Origin: a bacterium
GTDB lineage: Bacteria > Zhuqueibacterota > Zhuqueibacteria > Oceanimicrobiales > Oceanimicrobiaceae
DNA: 13,312 nt
Assembly (NCBI GenBank): GCA_046757165.1
Contig: JBHHXT010000127.1
Coordinates: forward strand, 1-13,312
Direction of reading: 5' to 3'
The position numbers and the translations under genes are program-made. This document shows positions 1 to 6,528 of this stretch, piece after piece. Each line of letters opens with the position of its first letter. The stretch's first letter is position 1. Under the pieces are notes generated by a model that saw nothing but the letters and a program-made list of their open reading frames with translations, had not been told where the DNA came from and did no database searches.

Positions 1-142
1 CCTTCGGGGTCAGGACACGCTTGGATTTGGTATTTCTTATAATCATGACATCCCTTCGGGATTCACAGCCAACCTTGAAGGGGTGGAATGATGATAGCTT
101 AGCACCCGCCCAGACAATTGGGGAACCCCGCAGGGGTGACAT
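1..142. repeat. REP/BIME-like cluster of four short palindromic units (two in each orientation)
   Basis: Units are CCTTCGGGGT (1-10, cut by window edge), TATAATCATGACATCCCTTCGGGATT (38-63), AACCTTGAAGGGGTGGAATGATGATAG (71-97) and AACCCCGCAGGGGTGACAT (124-142). Units 3 and 4 resemble the reverse complement of unit 2 (AATCCCGAAGGGATGTCATGATTATA), and each has a CCC-TTCG-GG / CCC-GAAG-GG type hairpin core. Confidence 0.7.
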
Positions 143-197
143 TTTCGTGCTGCCCCCAGCGGCGTAAGACGCAATCTTGCCCCATTATTAGGGACAG

Positions 198-2285
198 ATG
201 ACCATAATAGAAAGGGACTCGATGCAGGGGAAAACTCACCGCACGCTTTGGAAAGGATTCGCGTTCACGTTACTCATCGTCTTTTTCACCCTTCTTTTTT
301 CGCCCGGGAGCTATTCGCAGACACCCGCACCGAAGAAGCTCTTGCCCGGGCACGGCCACAGCAAAATCAGCGCCACGCTCGTGCAGGTGGCAGACCGGCT
401 TGTCTCGTTGAAAAAAGCGGGCCCCGCAGCCCGGCAAGCCCCGTCTTCCCTGTCCAACGCAGCAGTCAAGGTCGATGACGCCGCAAATATCCAGACGTAT
501 ATCTACCTGAGTGAAACCTCCGGGAACGCGTTGCAGACGCTCAAAGGAACCGGCGTCACCATCGAGCTCGTTCAGGAAGAGTGGAACGTTGTGCAGGCAT
601 GGATACCGGCAGAGAAGATCCATCACATTTCGGCGTATGCCTTCGTCCTGTTTATTCGCCCGCCTGATTACGCCATTCACATGACCGGCTCGGTCAACAC
701 CGAAGGAGACACGTTGCTGCGGGCGCAGGACATCCGGCTCGAGAAAGGCATCGATGGCACCGGAGCCAGGGTCGGCGTGATTTCCGACGGCGTTGACAAC
801 CGCGCGCTGGCGCAGGCACAAGGGGACCTGCCATCGGCCATCGAGGTCAATCCCAACTTGCCGGGAGAAGGCGACGAGGGCACTGCCATGCTCGAAATCG
901 TTCACGACCTCGCCCCCGGCGCGGAGCTGGCATTCTCTGGCGCTACCACCGGCATGGAAATGATCGATGCCATCCGTTTCCTGGCAAACGAGGCATTCGC
1001 CGGCCAGGGCTGCGATGTGATCGTGGATGATTTGGGCTTTCTCGGCCAGCCTTTTTTCGAAGACGGGCCCATCGCGCAAGTCGTGGAGCAGACGGTGGCC
1101 GCAGGCAAAACCTACGTCACGGCCGCCGGCAACCAGGCGCTTGCGCATTACGAAAACAGCTATTTTCCCGGCGCCCTGCGCATTAGCGGCGTGACCCGGC
1201 AGGTGCATGATTTCGGAATCGCGGCCGGTGGCAGGAGTGACGTCGGCCAGAGCATTCTGGTCCGCCGCAACACGAGCTTGACCGTGGTCTTGCAGTGGAA
1301 CGATCCGTTTGCAAGCTCCGCCAACGACTACGATCTCCTGATTTTCGATGAGGGGTTGACCCGAATCCTGGCCATCAGCGAGGAGACGCAGGAAGGCAAA
1401 CCCGAGCAATTTCCAATCGAGTTTACCACATTTGAAAACACGCAGACCACCAGGCGCGTCAACGTCGTGATCAGGAATCTCAGTGCTGACAGCCGGCTTC
1501 TGGAACTGCATTACAGCGGGGAAAACTTCACCGTCGAGGAGTTCAATATGCCGGGGGGCAGTATCGTCCCCGGCCAGCAGTCAGCAAAGGGCGCCATCGC
1601 CGTGGGGGCGATCAGCGTCCGCGAGCCGGGTGCCGATGAGATCGAAGTCTTCAGCTCGCGCGGGCCCGCCCGCATCTTCTTCCCGCGAGAAGAGGTGCGG
1701 CTGAAACCAGACCTCACCGCCGTCGATGGCAATCTCATCACCGGCGCCGGCGGCTTTGGACAGCAGGCGGCAAGAGGATCCCGGTTTTTTGGCACCTCAG
1801 CCGCCGCGCCACATGCGGCCGCCATTGCCGCCCTGCTGGTGGCGGCGGACCCAGAATTGTCCCCCGCCGATATCCGCGCCGCCCTGCAAAGCACTGCCAT
1901 CGATTTGGGCGAGACCGGACAGGACAACACCTTCGGCGCCGGCAGAATCGACGCCCTGGCCGCGTTTGTCGACGCCATCGAAACCTCAGACACCACCCCC
2001 ACCGATTTCCAACTCAAACAAAACTATCCCAATCCCTTCAATCCCGGAACCACGATACGGTACCGGCTGGTGCAAACCGTCTCCAGCCGCAATCTGAGAC
2101 TTGAAATCTTTAACGCCCTCGGTCAAAAGGTCGTGACACTCGATTCGCCGCCATCAGCAGGCGACCATGAAGTGCAATGGGATGGGATGGACTCAGCGGG
2201 AAGAAAGATGCCGAGCGGCATCTATTTCTACCGACTCAGAGTTGGCTCCTCTGTTCAGACGAAAAAAATGCTGCTCGTGCATTAA
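198..2285 (+). CDS. Secreted S8/S53-like subtilase (E-D-S type) with C-terminal T9SS type A sorting / FlgD-Ig-like domain
   Basis: 695-aa ORF with a hydrophobic signal peptide, a propeptide-like region, motifs GVISDG, GDEGTAMLEIVHDLAPGA, DVIVDDLG, AAGN, FSSRGP, KPDLTA and FFGTSAAAPHAAA, and C-terminal LKQNYPNPFNP...WDG...SGIYFYRL...KKMLLVH. An alternative start is ATG 222, preceded by AAAGGGA. Confidence 0.93.
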   Translation: MTIIERDSMQGKTHRTLWKGFAFTLLIVFFTLLFSPGSYSQTPAPKKLLPGHGHSKISATLVQVADRLVSLKKAGPAARQAPSSLSNAAVKVDDAANIQTYIYLSETSGNALQTLKGTGVTIELVQEEWNVVQAWIPAEKIHHISAYAFVLFIRPPDYAIHMTGSVNTEGDTLLRAQDIRLEKGIDGTGARVGVISDGVDNRALAQAQGDLPSAIEVNPNLPGEGDEGTAMLEIVHDLAPGAELAFSGATTGMEMIDAIRFLANEAFAGQGCDVIVDDLGFLGQPFFEDGPIAQVVEQTVAAGKTYVTAAGNQALAHYENSYFPGALRISGVTRQVHDFGIAAGGRSDVGQSILVRRNTSLTVVLQWNDPFASSANDYDLLIFDEGLTRILAISEETQEGKPEQFPIEFTTFENTQTTRRVNVVIRNLSADSRLLELHYSGENFTVEEFNMPGGSIVPGQQSAKGAIAVGAISVREPGADEIEVFSSRGPARIFFPREEVRLKPDLTAVDGNLITGAGGFGQQAARGSRFFGTSAAAPHAAAIAALLVAADPELSPADIRAALQSTAIDLGETGQDNTFGAGRIDALAAFVDAIETSDTTPTDFQLKQNYPNPFNPGTTIRYRLVQTVSSRNLRLEIFNALGQKVVTLDSPPSAGDHEVQWDGMDSAGRKMPSGIYFYRLRVGSSVQTKKMLLVH

Positions 2286-2305
2286 CGCACGAGCGTCATC
2301 TTCTT
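2262..2305. terminator. Imperfect palindrome at the shared TTAA stop of two convergent genes; possible bidirectional terminator
   Basis: GCTCGTGC-ATTAAC-GCACGAGC (2273-2294), with an A-run at 2262-2268 and TCTTCTT at 2299-2305. Confidence 0.35.
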
Positions 2306-3235
2306 GACCTCGACAAACGAACCGGCCTCTATCTGGTAGTAGTAAACTCCGTTGGGTAGCTCGTCCGCGACAAACTGGACCGCATGCAGTCCGGCCGACT
2401 GCACCTCTTCATCGACGAGCGTCGACACCACCTGGCCCAGCAAATTGTAAACCTTTAGCGTCACCGCCGCCTCCTGAGGCAGCGAATACGTGATGCGGGT
2501 CGTGGGATTAAACGGGTTGGGGTAGTTCTGCAACAGTTCGATTCGAGAGGGCGCGGACGGTCCTTGTGCCACACGGGTCACCAGCGAGTTCACCTCAACA
2601 AGGTCCAGGAACAACGCATCCCCCTGATTAAAAGTACTGAAGACATGCTCCCGAAAGGCAATGTAAATATCCTGCCCGGCAAAATCGTCGAGCGGAATGG
2701 TGTATTTTTGCCATTCATTGCTGGAGGTACTGTCAAAACTCAGCGAGATCAGCGTGGTGTCGAACGAGGCGACGCTGTCCGCATCGGTTCTGGACACCAG
2801 CACATCGAAGTTCTCTGCAAAGGTCAGGAAATACCTGAGATAAAACGTCAGGGAGTCACCGACCGCGATGGAGGTCACTTGCGGCGTGATCAGCCACTGG
2901 TCGGTTTGCTGATCGGTGGTGAACAGACTGTCCGCGTCACCCGTCGCCCAGGTGGCGAGCGCCACGAACGATTCGCCTCCGGGTGGGGCGTCAATCACGC
3001 CATCTTTCATGCCGGGCACTGCGGCGCCGACATTTCCCCGGCGCCACCCCTTGCCGTCGAAGTTGGTCATTTTCGTCCACCCCTCCGGCGGAAAAGGCGT
3101 ACTTTCGAAAGACTCCACGGGCAGAAGGCCCGAGAGATGGGTTTTCGATGCCCTCTCCTTTTGACCAAAACCAGGCTGTGCAAAAACAACGGTGGCCAGC
3201 ACCAGAAAAGTCAAGCTGAAGATGTTTTTTTCCAT
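2282..3235 (-). CDS. T9SS type A sorting domain protein with choice-of-anchor J / cleaved-adhesin-like domain
   Basis: Signal peptide MEKNIFSLTFLVLATVVFA; motifs ESFES..FPPEGW, DQWLITP, WQKYTIPL..FAGQDIYIAFR and LFLDLVEV; CTD LLQNYPNPFNPTT...GVYYYQI...KKMTLVR. ATG 3235 has GGAG 5 nt upstream, so I prefer it to GTG 3241. Confidence 0.85.
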   Translation of the reverse strand: MEKNIFSLTFLVLATVVFAQPGFGQKERASKTHLSGLLPVESFESTPFPPEGWTKMTNFDGKGWRRGNVGAAVPGMKDGVIDAPPGGESFVALATWATGDADSLFTTDQQTDQWLITPQVTSIAVGDSLTFYLRYFLTFAENFDVLVSRTDADSVASFDTTLISLSFDSTSSNEWQKYTIPLDDFAGQDIYIAFREHVFSTFNQGDALFLDLVEVNSLVTRVAQGPSAPSRIELLQNYPNPFNPTTRITYSLPQEAAVTLKVYNLLGQVVSTLVDEEVQSAGLHAVQFVADELPNGVYYYQIEAGSFVEVKKMTLVR

Positions 3236-3310
3236 ACCCACTCCAAAAGATTTTGCATTCTATGGCAATTGACGACCAGAACATGAAAGGAATAACTATC
3301 GAAGGCGAGC

Positions 3311-3967
3311 TTAAGTTTCATTCTCCGCAATCTGTTTCAGAAGATCTGCACGCAGTTCGTGACCGCCATCAAATTCGATGATGCGATGCGGAATCCGTTT
3401 CTCGACCAGAAACGCTTTCTGTTTTGAAAGGATCTCTTTTGTTACATACTCATCGTGGCGGCCGGCAACCACGGTCAGACTCAGCTCGCGGAACGGCGTC
3501 AGGTCCAGCGGCTCGGTCACCTGCTCACGCGGCATGAGACCGGCCCACAAAACGAGCCTGTCCGCCCGCGCCTTGCCCTGCACAAGCCAGCGGCAAACCG
3601 TGGCCGCGCCCTGCGAAAAGCCCAGCACCACCACCTTCACGGCAGCCCGGTCGACTTGTTGCACCACCTCATCATAAACCGCATCCAGGTAGGTGACGTA
3701 ATCTTCGATCTCACCTAACCGCTCCTCGGCGGTCATCCAGCTCGCGCCAATGCGCCCGGAAACGCCGTTGAGATAAAACCGGGACAACCCCTCCGGCGCA
3801 ACGATCAGACGACTGCTGTCAGACAGACCCTCGAATTGTTGCATGAAGTAGGCGGCGAGCTGACCGTATCCGTGACAAACAAACCAGATTTCCCTCAAAC
3901 CGGGCCCGATCGTACCCAGCTCGAAGTACCGGGCGGTTCGTGCGACCTTGATTCTTCGCTCAAGCAT
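3311..3967 (-). CDS. Alpha/beta hydrolase (phospholipase/carboxylesterase-like)
   Basis: HGYG oxyanion motif, nucleophile elbow GFSQG, acid in GRHDEY, His in GGHEL; RBS GGAG 5 nt upstream. Confidence 0.9.
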   Translation of the reverse strand: MLERRIKVARTARYFELGTIGPGLREIWFVCHGYGQLAAYFMQQFEGLSDSSRLIVAPEGLSRFYLNGVSGRIGASWMTAEERLGEIEDYVTYLDAVYDEVVQQVDRAAVKVVVLGFSQGAATVCRWLVQGKARADRLVLWAGLMPREQVTEPLDLTPFRELSLTVVAGRHDEYVTKEILSKQKAFLVEKRIPHRIIEFDGGHELRADLLKQIAENET

Positions 3968-3989
3968 TCGTGCTCCAGCTCAAAAACGC

Positions 3990-4274
3990 TCAGTCCTCAA
4001 TCTCAACGCCGCGCCAAAACGCCACATGGCCCTTGATATTCAGTGCCCCTTCTTTCGGCTCCGGGTAGGTCCAGGCGGCATCGACGTTGACCTGCCCATT
4101 CACTTGCAAATGATAATAATGCGCCGTTCCCTTCCAGGGACATTCGGTGCGCGTGTTGCTGTCTTCAAAATACTCTTCGTTTATAGAATCCGGCGGAAAA
4201 TATTTGTTGCCCTCCACGACCTCGACTTTGTTGCTCTCGGCCAGAACCTTGCCATTCCATATTGCCTTGGCCAT
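3990..4274 (-). CDS. DUF427 family protein
   Basis: 94 aa with family motifs AIWNGKVLAES, VEGNKYFP, CPWKGTAHYY, AAWTYPEPK and IKGHVAFW; RBS GGAGGT 6 nt upstream. Confidence 0.93.
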   Translation of the reverse strand: MAKAIWNGKVLAESNKVEVVEGNKYFPPDSINEEYFEDSNTRTECPWKGTAHYYHLQVNGQVNVDAAWTYPEPKEGALNIKGHVAFWRGVEIED

Positions 4275-4327
4275 CTCATGACCTCCATTGAGTCAAATAA
4301 ACAGGTAATCCATGCTCAATCATTGTG

Positions 4328-4356
4328 ACCTTAAAGTTAGCCATTTCATCTGTCAA
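4328..4356 (-). promoter_or_regulatory. Sigma70-type promoter for the DUF427 / hydrolase / T9SS cargo run
   Basis: On the minus strand, TTGACA (4356-4351), a 17-nt spacer and TAAGGT (4333-4328), about 54 nt upstream of the DUF427 ATG. Confidence 0.6.
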
Positions 4357-4460
4357 ATTCAAGAACAACCTGACCGGGGGGCAGGATACATGCAACTTTA
4401 CCCCCCTAACTGCGTCCATGTGTAGATAACTCAAAGCAAAATATAGGAGTAAATCAGTCC

Positions 4461-4592
4461 ATGCTAACTATGCTTTTCTTTTCAGTGTCGACGATGGCAG
4501 GCGTATCTTACGCGATTTTTCTGTGGTGGGATGAGGAGCGACGGCAGGAATGGAGACGGGTGTCACGAGCCAGTTGGACGAAGACCGAATAG
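4461..4592 (+). CDS. Putative 43-aa single-pass membrane microprotein (below ORF-track cutoff)
   Basis: AGGAG at 4445-4449, then ATG 4461 giving MLTMLFFSVSTMAGVSYAIFLWWDEERRQEWRRVSRASWTKTE*. It has about 23 uncharged residues ending in WW, then a charged tail. It fills the spacer and is followed directly by a hairpin. Confidence 0.6.
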   Translation: MLTMLFFSVSTMAGVSYAIFLWWDEERRQEWRRVSRASWTKTE

Positions 4593-4597
4593 GGGGT

Positions 4598-4648
4598 TAG
4601 GCCGTAGGCTTTTAGGCTGCTTCCTACAGCCTAAGCGCCTACGGCCTA
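4598..4648. repeat. Hairpin built from TAGGC-type tandem units; possible terminator between convergent genes
   Basis: TAGGCCGTAGGCTTTTAGGCTG (4598-4619) pairs with CAGCCTAAGCGCCTACGGCCTA (4627-4648), 20/22 complementary, 7-nt loop. Confidence 0.8.
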
Positions 4649-4675
4649 TCTACCTGACATTGAATTTCGTGGTTC

Positions 4676-5191
4676 TCAGGCCTGCCCAGCCGTCGTCGCA
4701 AACGCCTGGCCATGCCATGAAGCTGTCATCGGCACTTCCCATCGTCCTCGCCTCAGCTCGCCAACCGTCTGCACCACGTTGTTGAAGACGATCGTTTCTT
4801 CCCCCGCGCTGCCTGCGTGCACAAGTCTCCTGAACCCGGCTCTATCGATGCACCGAATGGCATCCCGGCGGTCGCGGTAAAAGACTTTCGCGGCCGTGTC
4901 CACAATCTCTGTCTGAAAACGATTCTCGATCTCTCTCAAATGATGCACCATGCCATCGATGGAACACCCGGAAGCCGCCATCAAACTCTCATCAACAGCG
5001 GTCAGGATGAACTGGTCATATCTCATCTCCCAGCCGACCACCAGCTCACGCTTGTGGGCCGTCCATTGGACCAGAAATCGCTCCATTTGCGCACGCAGCT
5101 CTGGGACCTCGTCCCGGGTAAAAGCTCGCGCACACCCATATATCCACAGCCGGCTGGAATCCGGCAGCTTATTGAATTCGATAACACTCAT
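4676..5191 (-). CDS. Conserved hypothetical protein (FCB-group family with SRxWIY...W.AH...ASGCSID...WH motifs)
   Basis: 171 aa, RBS AAGGAG. The motif pattern matches a Bacteroidota-type family I recall being labelled 'ABC transporter ATPase', but no Walker A motif is present. Confidence 0.8.
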   Translation of the reverse strand: MSVIEFNKLPDSSRLWIYGCARAFTRDEVPELRAQMERFLVQWTAHKRELVVGWEMRYDQFILTAVDESLMAASGCSIDGMVHHLREIENRFQTEIVDTAAKVFYRDRRDAIRCIDRAGFRRLVHAGSAGEETIVFNNVVQTVGELRRGRWEVPMTASWHGQAFATTAGQA

Positions 5192-5206
5192 GCTTTGCTC
5201 TCCTTT

Positions 5207-5355
5207 TAGGCTTTTAGGCTGTAGGCTGTTAGGGATTCTCGGGTTCCGGACTTTTGTATTTTTTATTGTTTTATTGTTTCATTGTTTCATTGTTCTATTG
5301 CTAATGCAGGGGGAGCCAGGACTATCAAGCTAACAGCCTAAAAGCCTACAACCTA
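5207..5355. repeat. Inverted TAGGC tandem-repeat arms enclosing an 8-bp ATTGTTTy tandem array
   Basis: Left arm TAGGCTTTTAGGCTGTAGGCTGTTAG (5207-5232); right arm CTAACAGCCTAAAAGCCTACAACCTA (5330-5355). ATTG recurs with 8-bp period at 5265, 5273, 5281, 5289 and 5297. Confidence 0.8.
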
Positions 5356-6108
5356 AACCATCAACGCGCCATTGTTCATATCGAAAGCCTGCCCGGTAAA
5401 AGAGGCTTGTTCGTTTGAGAACAAGTAGCTCACCAGGCTGGCAATTTCCTCGGGCTGACTCATTCTTCTCAGCGGCACCTGGGACAATTGTCGCCGGCGG
5501 GCCTCGGCGTAGGGTTGTCCCGTCTTTTCTGCAAACGCCTGGATACCTTCCCGGGCCATCTCCGTTTCCACCCAGCCCGGGCAAATCGAGTTGACCAGGA
5601 TGTTATCGGGGGCAAACTGCACGGCCCATGAACGCATGAGTCCCAGCAAGCCCGCTTTCGAGGCACAGTACGCGGAATAGTCCGGCACGCCGAGGCGAGC
5701 CAGAATCGAGGACATGAGAACCACATGTTTGGTCTCGCCGGCACCCTTCCTGAGATAGGGCAGACATTCGTTCACCAGATAATACACGCCGGTCAAGTTG
5801 GTGGCGAGCACCTCATCCCACCGGTCATTCTCCCCGTACAGGTTCTCCCCCCCCACGCCCGCGTTGGCGACCACGCCGTTCAGCGCCACGATGCCAGAGT
5901 CCCGCAAGCCCGCCGCAATCGCGGCTTTGTCGCGCACATCCGCCACCACCACGCTATGGGTGTCCGGATTTTCGAGCAGTGCTCGGGTCTCCGTCAACTT
6001 TTCACGGTTCAGCCCAAGTACCATAACCGTGTAATTCTGTGCCGCCAGCTTCTGTGCGATGGCGCGTCCAATTCCGGACCCGGCGCCTGAAATGACCACT
6101 GTCCTCAT
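5353..6108 (-). CDS. Short-chain dehydrogenase/reductase (classical SDR)
   Basis: SGAGSGIG Rossmann motif, ANAG, catalytic S...YCASK, VNSICPGWVET; RBS GGGAGGG. Confidence 0.95.
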   Translation of the reverse strand: MRTVVISGAGSGIGRAIAQKLAAQNYTVMVLGLNREKLTETRALLENPDTHSVVVADVRDKAAIAAGLRDSGIVALNGVVANAGVGGENLYGENDRWDEVLATNLTGVYYLVNECLPYLRKGAGETKHVVLMSSILARLGVPDYSAYCASKAGLLGLMRSWAVQFAPDNILVNSICPGWVETEMAREGIQAFAEKTGQPYAEARRRQLSQVPLRRMSQPEEIASLVSYLFSNEQASFTGQAFDMNNGALMV

Positions 6109-6148
6109 GTACCCTCCCGATCACTAGGTTGAATAGGCCTGTCGGTTT

Positions 6149-6206
6149 GTCTCCCCTGGAAAGTCACCGTATCGCTGCTCACGCCTTGCAGAGGAGACTC
6201 CAGGGG
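6149..6206 (-). ncRNA. Candidate structured cis-regulatory leader RNA upstream of the SDR
   Basis: Minus-strand CCCCUGGA-GUCUCC-U-CUGC-AAGGCGUGA-GCAG-CGAUAC-GGUGAC-UU-UCCAGGGG forms three stacked helices with an asymmetric internal loop, located between the promoter and the RBS. Confidence 0.45.
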
Positions 6207-6216
6207 TTTGGTAAAG

Positions 6217-6247
6217 CAAAGATAAGACAATCAGGGAAAGAACACAA
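6217..6247 (-). promoter_or_regulatory. Housekeeping-sigma promoter of the SDR operon
   Basis: Minus strand TTGTGT (6247-6242), 17 nt, then TATCTTTG (6224-6217). The latter matches both a TAnnnT -10 box and the Bacteroidota TAnnTTTG -7 consensus. Confidence 0.55.
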
Positions 6248-6276
6248 GCGTAAGATGAATGGTCTGGAAATTCATG

Positions 6277-6329
6277 AACCACGAGTCGAGCGAAGGACAC
6301 GAACCTTCGTGAACTTCGTGTGCTTGGTG
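6277..6329. repeat. Inverted array of ~9-bp CACGAA-type units
   Basis: AACCACGAGTCGAGCGAAGGACACGAA (6277-6303) faces TTCGTGAACTTCGTGTGCTTGGTG (6306-6329). Confidence 0.6.
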
Positions 6330-6443
6330 AGAAAAAAGTTACTGAGACCAGGCAGGAGATAGTTTCTATTCATGTAATGTGTCGAAGTCAGTGCAATGTG
6401 AATCGTGTGGCTCATGAATTTTTTGGTTTGCACCCAAAATCAG

Positions 6444-6485
6444 ATCCGCCTGAATCCGTTCTATCCGTCAAATCCGCGTTCCATT
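6444..6485. repeat. Tandem ATCCG-initiated 9-10-bp units (single arm)
   Basis: ATCCGCCTGA-ATCCGTTCT-ATCCGTCAA-ATCCGCGTT-CCATT. Confidence 0.65.
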
Positions 6486-6528
6486 CATTTGCAGCTTTGC
6501 GGCATCAGGATTCGAAATTCTTTGAGTG

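Noticed and set aside
270..2017. Long antisense ORFs 270..1511 and 1511..2017 (-)
   Set aside because: Shadows of the GC-rich subtilase gene, with no recognisable motifs.
2564..3286. 240-aa plus-strand ORF
   Set aside because: Antisense to the T9SS cargo gene, which has clear motifs and an RBS.
4376..4406. GGGGGG...CCCCCC inverted homopolymers
   Set aside because: A 6-bp stem with a 19-nt loop and no other support. It could be promoter-region structure but is not callable.
4531..4785. 84-aa plus-strand ORF
   Set aside because: Runs through the TAGGC hairpin and overlaps the convergent gene. The 43-aa ORF at 4461 has a better RBS and composition.
4950..5333. 127-aa ORF with apparent hydrophobic C-terminus
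   Set aside because: The hydrophobic stretch is just the translation of the T-rich 8-bp repeat, and the rest is antisense to a real gene.
5207..6485. Tandem repeats as a CRISPR array
   Set aside because: Units are 7-10 bp and contiguous, with no 23-47-bp repeats separated by unique spacers and no cas genes.
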